Shown: positions 13,644 to 25,908 of the stretch, piece by piece
How positions within the stretch are numbered: position 1 is the first letter of the stretch
How the letters are laid out: each line of letters starts with the position of its first letter
DNA from: Octopus bimaculoides
Lineage: Eukaryota
NCBI RefSeq assembly: GCF_001194135.2
Contig: NC_068987.1
Span: 93,586,556 to 93,650,555, forward strand
Direction of reading: 5' to 3'
DNA: 64,000 bases
The notes under the pieces: generated by a model
Database searches by the model: none
The model's input: only the letters and a program-made list of their open reading frames with translations
What the model was told of the DNA's origin: nothing
Translations under genes and position numbers: made by a program

Positions 13644-14242
13644 AATCTAACGAAGTAATTTCGTTGTTAAAACTGAACGCTCATCGTCGAAAGCGATGGA
13701 ACATCTAACATCACTGTATTGCACGCCGTGTACGAAGTGTATTTACCTGAAAAGGTGTGTTGTTAATGTTTGCTTTGCGTTGCGTGATCTCATGAAAAAC
13801 GTGGCTATGGAAGTGGATGACTATTACAGGTGTTGAACAACATTATAGGATAATTAGCATTTACTACAATCTCAGGTGTTTTGCTATTTGCATTATCTCA
13901 CACGTTACCAGAACATATCTTCGTTCAGCGTTGGTTTAAACGTAAACAACAACAACAACAACAATAAACCTACCAAAAACAACAACAATCAACCAAGTGT
14001 CCTCTGGCTGATCGGTCATTCTACCTGGTTTAATAGAAGCGTCTCTTTGGAATCGCATCGAACCGTCTTGAGAAAACAATGACACTTTCACTAACGTAGG
14101 TGTCGGAATAAATTATATCTGGAATAATAGGAAAAATATCTGGTTGTATACTAAACGAAACACCTGTGATTATTTAGTTGCTCGATCAAAGCTTAAGTGA
14201 AAGGTAACAAGAACGGCATCAATCTGTAACAACGACTGGAAC

Positions 14243-14300
14243 GGCGAAGTGGAAGAATCGTTTGCGCGTCGAACAAAATGTTCAGCGGCATTTCTTTCGA
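14243..14300 (+). mobile_element. SINE family B head fragment
   Basis: GGCGAAGTGGAAGAATCGTTTGCGCGTCGAACAAAATGTTCAGCGGCATTTC. Confidence 0.55.
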
Positions 14301-14885
14301 ATTCCAACTACTCTTACAATTGCCGGCCTTGAGCTGACATTGGAGAGTATCGTTAACAGAAACAATAGCGGCCATAACAGCCACAATTTTTATGTAGTCG
14401 TTCGTACTGCTAGAAGTAACAACCAAGAGAAAATGCAGCGCTAAAGGCACCTGAAGAGGATTAATGGGTTGCAAACGGTTGTTGACAGCTTAGTACCTCG
14501 ATACTTAGTTCGTAGATATGATTGATCAAGGATGATCAGAACAGCAGTCAAATAACTCTTTAATCCTATCTAAACCGACTTTAATGTTGAGAGAACACGT
14601 TGAATAATGCATCGTTTAAAAATACAAAAATGAAAATAAATGCATGGGAGAGAGGGGGGGTTGGCCACTGCATGGAAAGCCATTGATCATAGATGTGCTC
14701 CATCAGGGCTGAACTTAGGTTAAATTACTATAAAAATAGCAACGAAAACATCAGATGTGAATGGCGGCGGGTTATGACAAGAAATATTTGAAGAAAAATT
14801 AGTGTAAAAGAGAAAGAAGGGAAAAAGAGAAACAATCATTTGTGAAGGTCGGGTGAAAGAAGAATTATATTAATGCATGTCAGGG

Positions 14886-14987
14886 GAAGAAGAAGAAGAA
14901 GAAGAAGAAGAAGAAGAAGAAGAAGAAGAAGAAGAAGAAGAAGAAGAAGAAGAAGAAGAAGAAGAAGAAGAAGAAGAAGAAGAAGAA
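14886..14987. repeat. (GAA)n microsatellite
   Basis: Direct reading, near-perfect array of about 100 bp. Confidence 0.95.
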
Positions 14988-15509
14988 AAAGAAAGGAATA
15001 AACGTGAAGAAAGTAGAATGGAAAACATGAAGGGCAAAAATTAATAAAAAAGAACTAAAAATTAAAAAGAAAATAAGTGTAAAGCAGCGGAAAAACAGGA
15101 AATGCTGCCAGATGAAAGAAATTGACAGGAGAATGAAGACAGTGGACGGCGGTGGTAGTGGAGGTGGGTCTTGGTGGGGGGGGGGTGAGGTGGCGATCGT
15201 CGCTATGCTGCTGATGTTGTTGGTGTAGGTTGTGGTGGTGGTGGTGGATTTTGGTAGCAGAGGTGGTTGTTGATGTAGTTGTGGTGACGCCTATGGTCAT
15301 GTTTGTCACTGATGGTTCCTCTTGTTAATGATGATGATGATGATGATCATGATGTGGGTTGTTATGTAGGCGGCGGCGGCGGCGGTGGCGGTGGTGACTG
15401 GCATGTCTCTAGTGGGGGGGGTCGGGGTGTGATTGTGACGGTATTACATAGTGCTGCTTGAGATGGTGGATAACGTGGTTATGACTGCTGCTGCTGTGTA
15501 GCCCCCCGT

Positions 15510-15810
15510 ATTCCTGATCGACCAAACCTTTGATCAAAGACATTCTAGTCCCATGACTATCTCCTCCTCTCCTTTCTCTCTCTCCCCTCTATCTCTCCTC
15601 TACTCTTTCTCTCTTTCTCTTCCTCCCACTTTCTCTCTCTTCCTTTCTCTATCTCTCTCTTTCTCCCTCTCCCCCTCCTTTGTGAAGCATAAAACTTAAA
15701 ACCACACTTTCCAAAGCTTTTTTTTCTATGACGGTAAATATAACCCGAGGAAGACTTAGCTGCTATTTCCTGCAGGTTAGTCGACCACATAGAAGTTCCG
15801 TCATTAGAAC
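15510..15810 (+). repeat. Family F bipartite dispersed repeat (other copies: 6100-6245 +, 14525-14730 -, 18265-18600 +, 30293-30470 -, 37436-37570 -)
   Basis: Module 1 CCTGATCGACCAAACCTTTGATCAAAGACATTC and module 2 GAGGAAGACTTAGCTGCTATTTCCTGCAGGTTAGTCGACCAC recur in the same order with variable spacers. Confidence 0.6.
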
Positions 15811-16092
15811 AAGATGGAGTCGGTGGCGAAGACAGATGCGTCATGGGTGTTGTTGCAATGAACACAAGTGTATGGGATGACGAAGTGGAATGGTGTCAGT
15901 GTTGGCGGTGAATGAATAAATGGCGTCGGACACACAGATGGAGATGGTGGTGGTGGTGGTGCAGGCAATTTGTTCGACGTACTGTTAACTGTTGTAGTAG
16001 TTATGGTGGGATGATGCATGTTTTAAATTTATGTCCATGATTATTTCCAAGTCAACCCAGATTAAGTATGCCTCTGCCACACCTGACCACCT

Positions 16093-16256
16093 CGATGTGG
16101 CTGCGGGGCAAAAAGCTTGCTTCCCAACCACATGGTTCTGGATTCAGTCCCACTACATGGCACCTCGGCCAAATGACTTCTACTATAGCCTCAGGTCAAC
16201 CAAAGCATTGTGAGTGGATTTGGTAGACGGAAACTGAAAGAAGCCTGTCGTGTGTG

Positions 16257-16306
<50 letters not shown>

Positions 16307-17190
16307 CTATCACATATAGAAAAATTAATAATTAAAAGCACAATAAATGAGTATAATATAAAGTAAAGTAAATATCATAAGATAAATATAATATAATATT
16401 ATATATTATATTTATCTTATGATATTTACTTTACTTTATATTATAATCATNNNNNNNNNNNNNNNNNNNNNNNNNNNNNNNNNNNNNNNNNNNNNNNNNN
16501 NNNNNNNNNNNNNNNNNNNNNNNNNNNNNNNNNNNNNNNNNNNNNNNNNNNNNNNNNNNNNNNNNNNNNNNNNNNNNNNNNNNNNNNNNNNNNNNNNNNN
16601 NNNNNNNNNNNNNNNNNNNNNNNNNNNNNNNNNNNNNNNNNNNNNNNNNNNNNNNNNNNNNNNNNNNNNNNNNNNNNNNNNNNNNNNNNNNNNNNNNNNN
16701 NNNNNNNNNNNNNNNNNNNNNNNNNNNNNNNNNNNNNNNNNNNNNNNNNNNNNNNNNNNNNNNNNNNNNNNNNNNNNNNNNNNNNNNNNNNNNNNNNNNN
16801 NNNNNNNNNNNNNNNNNNNNNNNNNNNNNNNNNNNNNNNNNNNNNNNNNNNNNNNNNNNNNNNNNNNNNNNNNNNNNNNNNNNNNNNNNNNNNNNNNNNN
16901 NNNNNNNNNNNNNNNNNNNNNNNNNNNNNNNNNNNNNNNNNNNNNNNNNNNNNNNNNNNNNNNNNNNGTATGTGTGTGTGCGTGTGTGTGTGTGTGTGTG
17001 TGTCATCACTGCTTGAAAACCGATGTTGATGTGCTTGCGTCCCCGTAACTTACCGGTTCGACAAAAGAGGCCGATAGGATAAGTAATAGACTTAAAAAAA
17101 TAAGTTCTATGGTGGATTTGTTCGACTAAAACCCTGTAAGGTGATGCTGCAGCATGGCCGCAGTCAAATGACTGAAACAAAAGATTAAAG
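16093..17190 (+). mobile_element. SINE family A, full length, with expanded internal microsatellite spanning an N-gap
   Basis: 5' half at 16093-16250; 3' half at about 17000-17190 ending CAGCATGGCCGCAGTCAAATGACTGAAAC. Confidence 0.85.
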
Positions 17191-18074
17191 ATTGAAAGAA
17201 AATATGAGAAACTACGTTGAAAATATATCATTAAATGATGCAGTAAGATTTTGAGGGTAGTTGCCTGCTTTTTCTACCAAACCTAGCAGCCACATTATTG
17301 CTTTGACTTCGAAAATGATGTCGGTTGATGTGGCAGTGGTGGTAGTGGAAGCGGTGGCGGAGATGCTGCTACTGCTAATGATGATGATGATGATCATCAT
17401 CATCATCATGTTTGCCTTGCCGATGATGATGATTTTCTTTACCGAATGCCTATCAGAGTAACAATTATAGAAAGGTATGTGCCTCTCTCTCTCTCTCTAT
17501 TTGTCCGTCTGCATGCCTGTATGTCGGAGTGTCTGTGTGTTTTTCTTCTGTCGGTGTCATTGCAGGTAATCTAATTATAAAGAGAGAACGTACTTGATGA
17601 CACTCCTGTTTTTTTGGTTAATTATAATGACAATGGTGTTGTTGATATTGTTGTCGATGTTGTTGCTGTTGTTGCGAGAGGTGGCGGGGGATGGGAGCAT
17701 AATATAAGCGGGGATCGGGTAGAGGCTTAAGAATTTCCATGGCGGCTGTTGAAGAATGAATATAGTTAGCGGTTTAATAATACAATGGCCTGTCTAATTT
17801 TGTGGCCGAGGTTATCGTCAAATAGGATGATGGGAGCGATTATGCTGATTGTTATAATGTTGGTGATATGGTTGGCATTAAAGAAACGGATAAACAGATG
17901 GGTAGAGGGGAGGGGCGGAGAACCGGCTTAATCTTGTCGCTGCTGGTGTAGCTGCTACAGCTGTTGTTGTTGGCGTCGTGGCTGTTGTTGTTGTTGTTGT
18001 TCAACCCAGCTCGCCACTATCTGAACAGGCTTATTAATGTCGTTATGGAACTATGTTGTCCGAAATGTATCCCA

Positions 18075-18079
<5 letters not shown>

Positions 18080-18168
<89 letters not shown>
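18080..18168. repeat. (CT)n microsatellite
   Basis: Direct reading. Confidence 0.95.
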
Positions 18169-18172
<4 letters not shown>

Positions 18173-21129
18173 CCTTCTACTCTTTTCTCTTTATCTCTTC
18201 TTGTTTCCTTTTTTTATTTTAAGACGTTTGGCTGTGATTTAAGAGAGATTTCTTCACTGCTGTTGCTTAGTCCCAGGTCAGCTTTGGTGGAAACCAAATG
18301 ATCAAAAGCATTCCAGCCGTGATATCAATGTCTTTTTTTTTTCTTTGTAAATTTTGTTATCAGTTTTCTATATTTCTTTATTTATTATTTACTTATTTTG
18401 TGTTCTCAGCGACTGCCATTGTCTAAAATGGCATTTCCTCGATTTTTGTTTTTCTTTTTAAGCCTCGCGATATTTACGAGGAAGACTTTACTGCTATATT
18501 TATTTGATTGAGCCACCATCTTGTGTCACCTTTGTTGGTTGGAGATTTGACTGTTTTTTCTAGCAGGTCAAACGATTAAATAGAGAACTCCTTGTTGGCT
18601 GCAGGTTAACTGTACTTGGTGAGTAAAAGAGAGAGAGATAGACAGTGTACTCAAGAAATTGGGACAGTATTTTTGTATTCCTCAGCAAAATTCAGGAGGA
18701 ACTGATAGTGATAAGAGAAAGGTGAGGGGGAGAAGGAGTGGGGTAGAGTGTGAGAAGGGGAAGCGTTGGGGTGAGAAGAGGGAATAAAGGAAATGACTTC
18801 AGATAAATGGAGGAAAGATGAAAAGGAAATTGAAAGAAAGAGACGTGGTGACTTTATGACAACTTTGATGACTTTAAGAAAACAATTATGAGAAAGTGTG
18901 ACAACTTGGAAATGGCATTTCAGATGTCATTAACATACACACGTGCACACATATTTGCGCACGCTAACATACACACGCGTACATAAATACATACGCACAC
19001 ACACATACACACCACAACAACAACAACAACAACAGCAACAACAACGAAAGAACGACGTGAAGCAATAATAACAAACAAAACCAGGATCGGAATCATTGTT
19101 GATGAGAAGTGTTTTTGTGGGAGGAGGAGGGGAGGAAGTGTTTCTGCCGTGTTTACTGGGTGAAAGTAAGAGTAGATATGGACGGGGAGGGGACTTGGAG
19201 CGCGAGTTCGTGGTGTTGTTATTGCTGTCAGTAAAGACATCTAAGAATCAATAGTCATCACTGCGCACCATAAAGTGCACCCAAGGTAATCGAGAGGCGG
19301 AGGTCGATAGAAGAATGGAATGAACATCGAGTAACTATTTCTCATAGCTTTTATAAACAGAGAAGGAATATCATATAAAGTGGTGACTTTAACGAACTCC
19401 TAGCGCTTAAAAACCCCACACCGGTGGATACTGAAGAGGCCCTCCAAGTTTTATGCCGTGTGACATCCCAGAAAAAAGACATTAAGATACACTGGAGTTC
19501 TTGGACAACATCGAGAAGCAGACGAAGTGTTTCGCCATTAAGTCACACACATCAGAAGAAATAACCATCTTCACAACATACATATTGCACTTAACATCCA
19601 AGAACACGATGTTGGAGATGGAGCTTTCGTGACCTTACAAATCGATCGATAACGGATGTGAAAGTGCACGGGGAAGAAGTCAACATGATATCTCCCTTCT
19701 AAAACTAGTTTGGTTTAATATTTGACATAATACTATAATAATGTCCACACCCGCAAATCTTGTAATCTTTCCTACTCTGAAACCATGACTGTGCAGCCAC
19801 AATCCTACGCATAGCAGAACTGGCCGCAACAATTTCCCCACAGACCAAAGGATTATCAGACGAGTGATTTCCCTCTCCAAAAAACAGTATGTACAGAAAC
19901 ATAAAAGAAAAGAGATAAAACGACACAAACTCAGAGACATGTATGCACCTCCTTCCCTGTGCTGCTTTTGCATTCTTTCGAAAATCTAATGGAGTCAAAG
20001 AAAAGAAAGAAACTGCCACACTTGCACAACACTGAAGGTTTTACTAGAAATCACCAACTTTTCAGTCAATAGCAAAAAATAACTGTTGTAGAACTAAAAC
20101 TGAATCAAAAGCGGACAGTGAGAAACGGCAAAAACAACAAAACATGATAATAACAAAAACAAAGGATCCAAAGAACCAACAAAAACAACAAGAACAGCAG
20201 TACTGTCTGTGCTGTAAAGCGTTGCAATGCGGTTGTGCTTATCAAATTGTGGGCCTCTTAAATATGCGAAAGCAAAAACTGTAGGTTCAGAGGGAATATC
20301 AGAGATGGTGTAGAAACAAACTCTCAGTTCTCTTTCAGATAAGGATGACGAGCGCTAAATATTCAATTCCAGACAATCGTGAGAAAATTTTAAACTCACT
20401 TTGTTAATTATATGAGGAGGGAGATTCTATTTCAGAGATCTACTTCAATTCTCGGAAAAAAAAAATTCAGTATTGCAGAAAGTTGGTGACAACAACTGAG
20501 ATATGGCTGGGGCTATATGTATTCTGCAAGTACAACAGTCATTATTGACAGTTTCGCTGTACAAGCTTTTTGGATATGTGTCAGATATGGTCATCTGTCT
20601 TTGGCAGACGTCTATCTTAATTGGCAGATGATGGAGAGCATTGCCTACAGTATTAATCGGTAACGGTTGGCGACGAATAGTTCTTGATGTTGAAAAATTT
20701 GTTATGAAGACGTCGTCATTAGATTCAGGAGTGCAAACACCACCATCTCGTAGAGTTGCACAATTCCTAACACGCATATATCAACTACAGTTTCTAGTTC
20801 GAGTGAAGCATCGTGGAGAATGGATAATAATCCTGAATTTTCTATAGCAGCAACATGTGTATTTAAAAATTGCGTTATCTGCGGCTGGTTTCGATCTCGT
20901 TTTTGAAAGTGAGTCGCTTTAAGGTACGCTAGCAACCACTTAATGGCTACTTACTGAATTACCTTCCATAATCTCTTTTCTTTTTGTTTCCTCCTATCTT
21001 AGTGTATCTACCTTTACTTTGGAAACACAAAGTCACTGCTCAAGTGCGTTTTAGCACGCGAGCTATTGTTACTGAAGCCAATGCATTCGAATCGGGTTTT
21101 GAGTATAACATATCCGTATTAAGAGGAAT

Positions 21130-21435
21130 CGAATTGTTGGACATAGAACTAAAGAATACCTTGGAAATTAAGAGTTCCACATTACAGGTGTCAGGGCTCC
21201 TGGCACGGAACTGAATAAGAAAATAAATTAAAGTACATATTGAGCGGCACAAATCGGTGAATCTTCTGCTTAATACCTGAAGAGGAAACTTCATGCTGGC
21301 AGAATCGTCCGTCTTTGATCCGGAAATAAAGAGGATTCGGAACTGATTTAGGTCAGGTATCCATGTGATTTAGGTTAGGTATCCATGCAAAGCGAAACAA
21401 GAACGAATCCGAGTCAAATCAATAAAATGAAAATA
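21130..21435 (+). mobile_element. Degenerate 3' end of the same LINE subfamily as 22368-22702
   Basis: Terminus AAGAACGAATCCGAGTCAAATCAA matches the 22.66-22.69 kb terminus; VRAPGT resembles VGALGT. Contains a 22-bp tandem duplication TGATTTAGGT(C/T)AGGTATCCATG at 21344-21387. Confidence 0.45.
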
Positions 21436-21863
21436 ATATATATTTTTTTTTACATGATTTTATTTCATTTTGTAAATTAACATAAAGGTCTAATATTTAA
21501 ATTTGTGATGGAGTATCAATGTTTACAATGAACTGTTGTCTATAATACAAGCCAAACAATGCAATTCACAAATATAGACACTCTATATAGCAAATATCCA
21601 ATAAAATAAACAAACATAAGCAGGCCCTTTACCCAACGCATTACACATACTACATAGAGTACAAACATTGATGCAATGCAGCAGACCGCTTAACAAAAGA
21701 AACTAACGCAATGCAATATTGGAAAGGGTTTGCTCACGCCCAACAACAAAAAAGAACACACAATGCTGCACACACGCCAGCAACAAGGAGGTGCAGATGT
21801 TGATGCAGTAGAAATTTGCCTGAAACTACTAAATGCTGAATAATAACAACAACAATAATAATA

Positions 21864-22300
21864 AGTGTTAGCATGTACATTGTTTTGTCTTGGTATAAAA
21901 GATGGACTACAACAAATATTCTGCTCAATACCACAGATTTCCTTGTCAGTTGTTTGACCTTAACCAGTTGAGCATGTCCCTTAGTGGCTGACGATATGTG
22001 CATCTCTGATCACGAGCAGAAGTAGTGGGGTAGCATCATAGCCATGTGTTGAGAGGAATTCTTTGGGTTTGAATAATTCACCTCTGGGAACATAAGCGTT
22101 TCTTTCAACATCCTTAAACAACCCTTATTCAGGGACCTTTTGAGCGGGATGGGCTACTAGACCTGAGGAAAAATACTAACTGGACCGCATCTGCACGGTC
22201 ATCCGCTGTTTATGTTATGAGATCATAGATATGGTTATGAGACATATGCCTGGTGTACCTTTATCAGACGGGTAGTCATGATGGGTATACTGGGCTCATC
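21864..22300 (+). mobile_element. Family D retroposon, preceded by (AAT/AAC)n, 3' end cut
   Basis: CATGTACATTGTTTTGTCTTGGTATAAAAGATGG...GGGTAGTCATGATGGGTATACTGGGC is homologous to 33710-34150. Confidence 0.85.
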
Positions 22301-22367
22301 ATAGCCGTCTGTCTGATTCCAGGATTTAANNNNNNNNNNATAGCCGTCTGTCTGATTCCAGGATTTA

Positions 22368-22702
22368 AAAGAAAGAGGTACCAACAACTAAAAAATACAA
22401 TTCCTTAAAATTTGAAATAGGAAGAAATCGGAGCATGCGACCAGTGAAGGTTGCACCTATAATAATTGTAAACCAAGATATAGAAAATGGCTGAGTGAGA
22501 GTGGATTAAAATGCACGATAGATCTCCAACAGAAAATTTGTCTCGGAGTCACCAAGGATTATCAGGAGGGTTCTAAGCACATGAAAGACAGCTGAAAAGT
22601 TTTGGATACCTAAGGTTATATAGATAGCAACCCGGAACCCAAATAAATCGTACCAGGATTAAGACCGAACCTGAGTCAAACCAAAATAATAATAATAATA
22701 AT
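22368..22702 (+). mobile_element. 3' end of a second R4/Dong-like LINE subfamily with (AAT)n tail
   Basis: KYNSLKFEIGR...VKVAPIII...KWLSESGLKCTIDLQQKIC...RIIRRVLST-stop, a typical RLE C-terminus. The short UTR ends AAGACCGAACCTGAGTCAAACCAA followed by (AAT)n. Confidence 0.7.
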
Positions 22703-22915
22703 TTTAATCTACAATAGTCACAAGGCCTGACATTTGTGGGGAGGGGACTAGTTGAGTACGTTGACCTCAGTGTTTCACTGGTAGTTAATTTATCGAACCT
22801 GAAAAGATGAAAGACAATGTCGACTTCAGCGGAATTTCAACTCAAAACATAAACATGGACGAAATGTCGCTAAAGATTCCGCTCGGCGTGTTAACGATTC
22901 TCTCAGCTGGCCGCC
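22703..22915 (-). mobile_element. SINE family B, full length, flanked by (AAT)n on both sides
   Basis: Reverse-complement homology to 46185-46397; (AAT)n at 22685-22702 and 22918-22984. Confidence 0.85.
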
Positions 22916-22916
22916 T

Positions 22917-22917
<1 letters not shown>

Positions 22918-22984
<67 letters not shown>
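22918..22984. repeat. (AAT)n microsatellite between two SINE-B copies
   Basis: Direct reading. Confidence 0.95.
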
Positions 22985-23165
22985 TTCTATTTCAGGCACA
23001 TTCTGGAGAAGGCAACTGTCGATAATATCGATCTCAATCTTCGACTGACATGTTTTTCATGGACTCAGATTGGATAAAAAGTAATGATTAGCTTGGCGGG
23101 AGTTGAACTCAAAAACTAGGAACCATAATAGGAGTGCAACTATTTCGTTCAACGTTCTTGCCTTT
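22985..23165 (-). mobile_element. SINE family B-related degenerate copy whose tail runs into the 22918-22984 array
   Basis: TTCTATTTCAGGCACA...GTCGATAATATCGATC...GGCGGGAGTTGAACTC aligns to the reverse complement of family B. Confidence 0.6.
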
Positions 23166-23353
23166 CTTTCAATCCACTACAATCAATACGATAATAAATG
23201 TATTTTACTCTTTATTTATTATTTCTTTATTATGGTTATTTTGCTATTATATCCACAAAGCCATTTATTATTTTTTATTATTATTATATCGGTATGAGTT
23301 TATGGCGTCGCATAAAATGTATGTCATGTTGTTTGATGAAGGGAGGGGGAGTA

Positions 23354-23429
<76 letters not shown>

Positions 23430-24182
23430 TGTTATAGAATGCACTGCTCGACCGTCACATCAGACATTTCATGTGCCACGTTTCTATATCTGTGTAATTC
23501 ATATTTTTAAGAGATATGTTTATTCATATGCAGACGTACTTATTATATACAGGGGGCACACGGCTCGTACACACACACACGCAAGCACGCACACACTCAC
23601 ACATTTGAATAACTGTAGTGCAGACGACAATGGCTTACGGTCGCCATAACTGTCAAAATGAGAGAAGGTTTCGTGGTAGTGGTAGGGCTGCTGAGCGTAG
23701 ATGTCATGCCTCTCTATTATAAATCAAATATAAATTAGTTTGCTATTTATACACAAAGACCTACCTACATAAAATAAGTGTTAATCTGTATTGTTATCAA
23801 CCATACCTTTACTTTCTATACCACACGTTCTCTCTGTCTCGCTTCCAATTTATCTCTCTTCCTCTAATATATGCGTCTACGTGTGCTTGTATCTATTTAT
23901 CTCGTAACGCACTAGCAAATATACACATACTCAACTACACACACATATTTACACACAACCACACACATACACACCCGTAACTATACACATGCGCTCTTTA
24001 CGCGCCCAAAGGGCTGTACCGTCTATGGCTTACCTCATTACTTACAATACACATTTGTGCACTAATAAAAATATGATTGACACTTACAGTATATTCTCTC
24101 TCTCTTTCTCTCTCTCTCACCATTCCCAATCTCTCTGTCTCAAATATATTTTCTATTGAACGAATTTGATTTTCTGCATATA

Positions 24183-24541
24183 CAGTAGAACTTCGCTGTA
24201 CGAGTGCACTATTGTACGAGTAATTTGCTATATAAGCCGAGACTCATGAGAATTTTTGCCTTAAAGTACGAGCACACAAACTGTTCCACTTTTAAGATAA
24301 TTCTGTTAATAAAACCAGTTTATTTCTTTTGCATTCTCCTTTTTATAATTATTTTACTTCTAACTACACTTTTTCTGATTTAAAACCCATAAAAAAATAT
24401 CTTTATTTGTTTTTAGGGGGGCGGAACGGATTATTTATATTTTAGTTACATTCAATGGGGAAAATTGATTTGTAAAACGAGTAAATCGTAAGACGAGCTC
24501 GGTCATGGTACAAATTAAACCCGTACTGCGAGATATCACTG
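24183..24541. mobile_element. Tigger/pogo-type MITE
   Basis: Imperfect TIRs CAGTAGAACTTCGCTGTACG (left) and CAGTGATATCTCGCAGTACG (reverse complement of the right end); TA on the left flank, TG on the right; AT-rich non-coding interior. Confidence 0.65.
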
Positions 24542-24594
24542 TGCCTACGCACACACACACACGTGTGTGTGTGTGTGTTTGTGAGCATCAGATG

Positions 24595-24949
24595 AATAAG
24601 GTAAAATCATAGTCTGGTTTTCACATTTTTTTTTTTATTACGGTATCTTAACATTTTAACATTAAAAAAAATTATTTTCTAATATTCATAAAGTTAAATT
24701 ACCGCTTTCATACATCGAATAATAATCAGATTTCAAATGTGTTTACCTGACAGGTGAGTTCTTGACAACTTTAGTACCTTTTAGAACGTTCCAACCAGCT
24801 GAATTTTTTAAATACTTTTGTGACTTGAAATCTGATGAGTACACCATGTATGAAAGCGCTGATTTAATTTTATGAACATTACAAAATAATTTTTTTAATG
24901 AAATACCAGAATAAAAAGCACGAAAACCAGACCATGTTTTAACTTTATT
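24595..24949. mobile_element. Foldback MITE with about 140-bp imperfect terminal inverted repeats (Kolobok-like termini possible)
   Basis: AATAAGGTAAAATCATAGTCTGGTTTTC versus the reverse complement of the right end AATAAAGTTAAAACATGGTCTGGTTTTC; inner arms CGCTTTCATACAT/ATGTATGAAAGCG and ATCAGATTTCAA/TTGAAATCTGAT. Confidence 0.8.
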
Positions 24950-25413
24950 CAACTGTTACATTATTCCATACACATTCACACAAATTCGAAACATATATAT
25001 AAAATGTAAATTTATATAAATAAGGATGAGATCGTTATTTAAAATACCGATCATATCAAGTGTCTAGCATGGGAATAAAAACCTCATAGGTAATATATAT
25101 ATGAAATTGGAGTCAAGAAGAAGGAGTACGGTCGGACGTTTATCTATTATTCGACGCAACGCAGTTCTCCAAGAATACGGGTATTTGATTATGCAACATA
25201 ATGAAATCTAGATGTGTTTCCTCAGGCGATATACAAATGTTGTCTCCGTAAGTTTAGATTCGTCAACTTCAAGGCCATTTTCTCTGTTCGTCGTGGTTTG
25301 AATTTAGTAGCGGCTGATAGACCCACGGTGTCTGCCTCGAAAGTGCGTTTGTCGGACTGCTATGAATGGTAGTAAATGGTACTGCCTAGCATTTAAATGA
25401 GATTGGTCTTCTG

Positions 25414-25447
<34 letters not shown>

Positions 25448-25908
25448 CCTGTAAGTGTGTAAACTTGCTAGCCACCTTATCATTAATAACGGTAATAATA
25501 CTTCTTTTTTTTTAAATATACTAGCTCACGATAGTTTTGTTTTAAATGACGCAGGTATGTTGAAAGAAAAGAACACACATGGGATAATGTGAGAAAGATT
25601 TCAGAAATATATGTTAAAAATGTTATTTTCAACTGACGATCCCAGAGCATGTTTGTCATACGGAGGGTGAAATCAATTGATATTGAAATAAACGTTCCTT
25701 ACTTATGTATTCCACGCAAGATAAGCCTGTTTCTCCTATGTTCATTGCATTGCCCGTACGTAATTTAATAGTGAGTTACCGGTGGTTTGGGAACGATGGC
25801 TCCGATTATAGCAAGTAATATTTAAATACCCTATTGAATCTAAATTTAGCTTATATTTTGCCTGTAAAGTTGTAAGCTTACTAGCTACCTTATCATTAAT
25901 AACAGCAA

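Noticed and set aside
14447-14490. CTGAAGAGG...GCAAACGG hammerhead-like fragment
   Set aside because: No GAAA core, no stem II pairing and no cleavage triplet.
19250-20330. A/C-rich stretch resembling the 5' part of an old LINE ORF
   Set aside because: No diagnostic motif recovered in any frame.
22301-22368. 29-bp direct repeat resembling a TSD
   Set aside because: It flanks a 10-N gap, so it is an assembly overlap.
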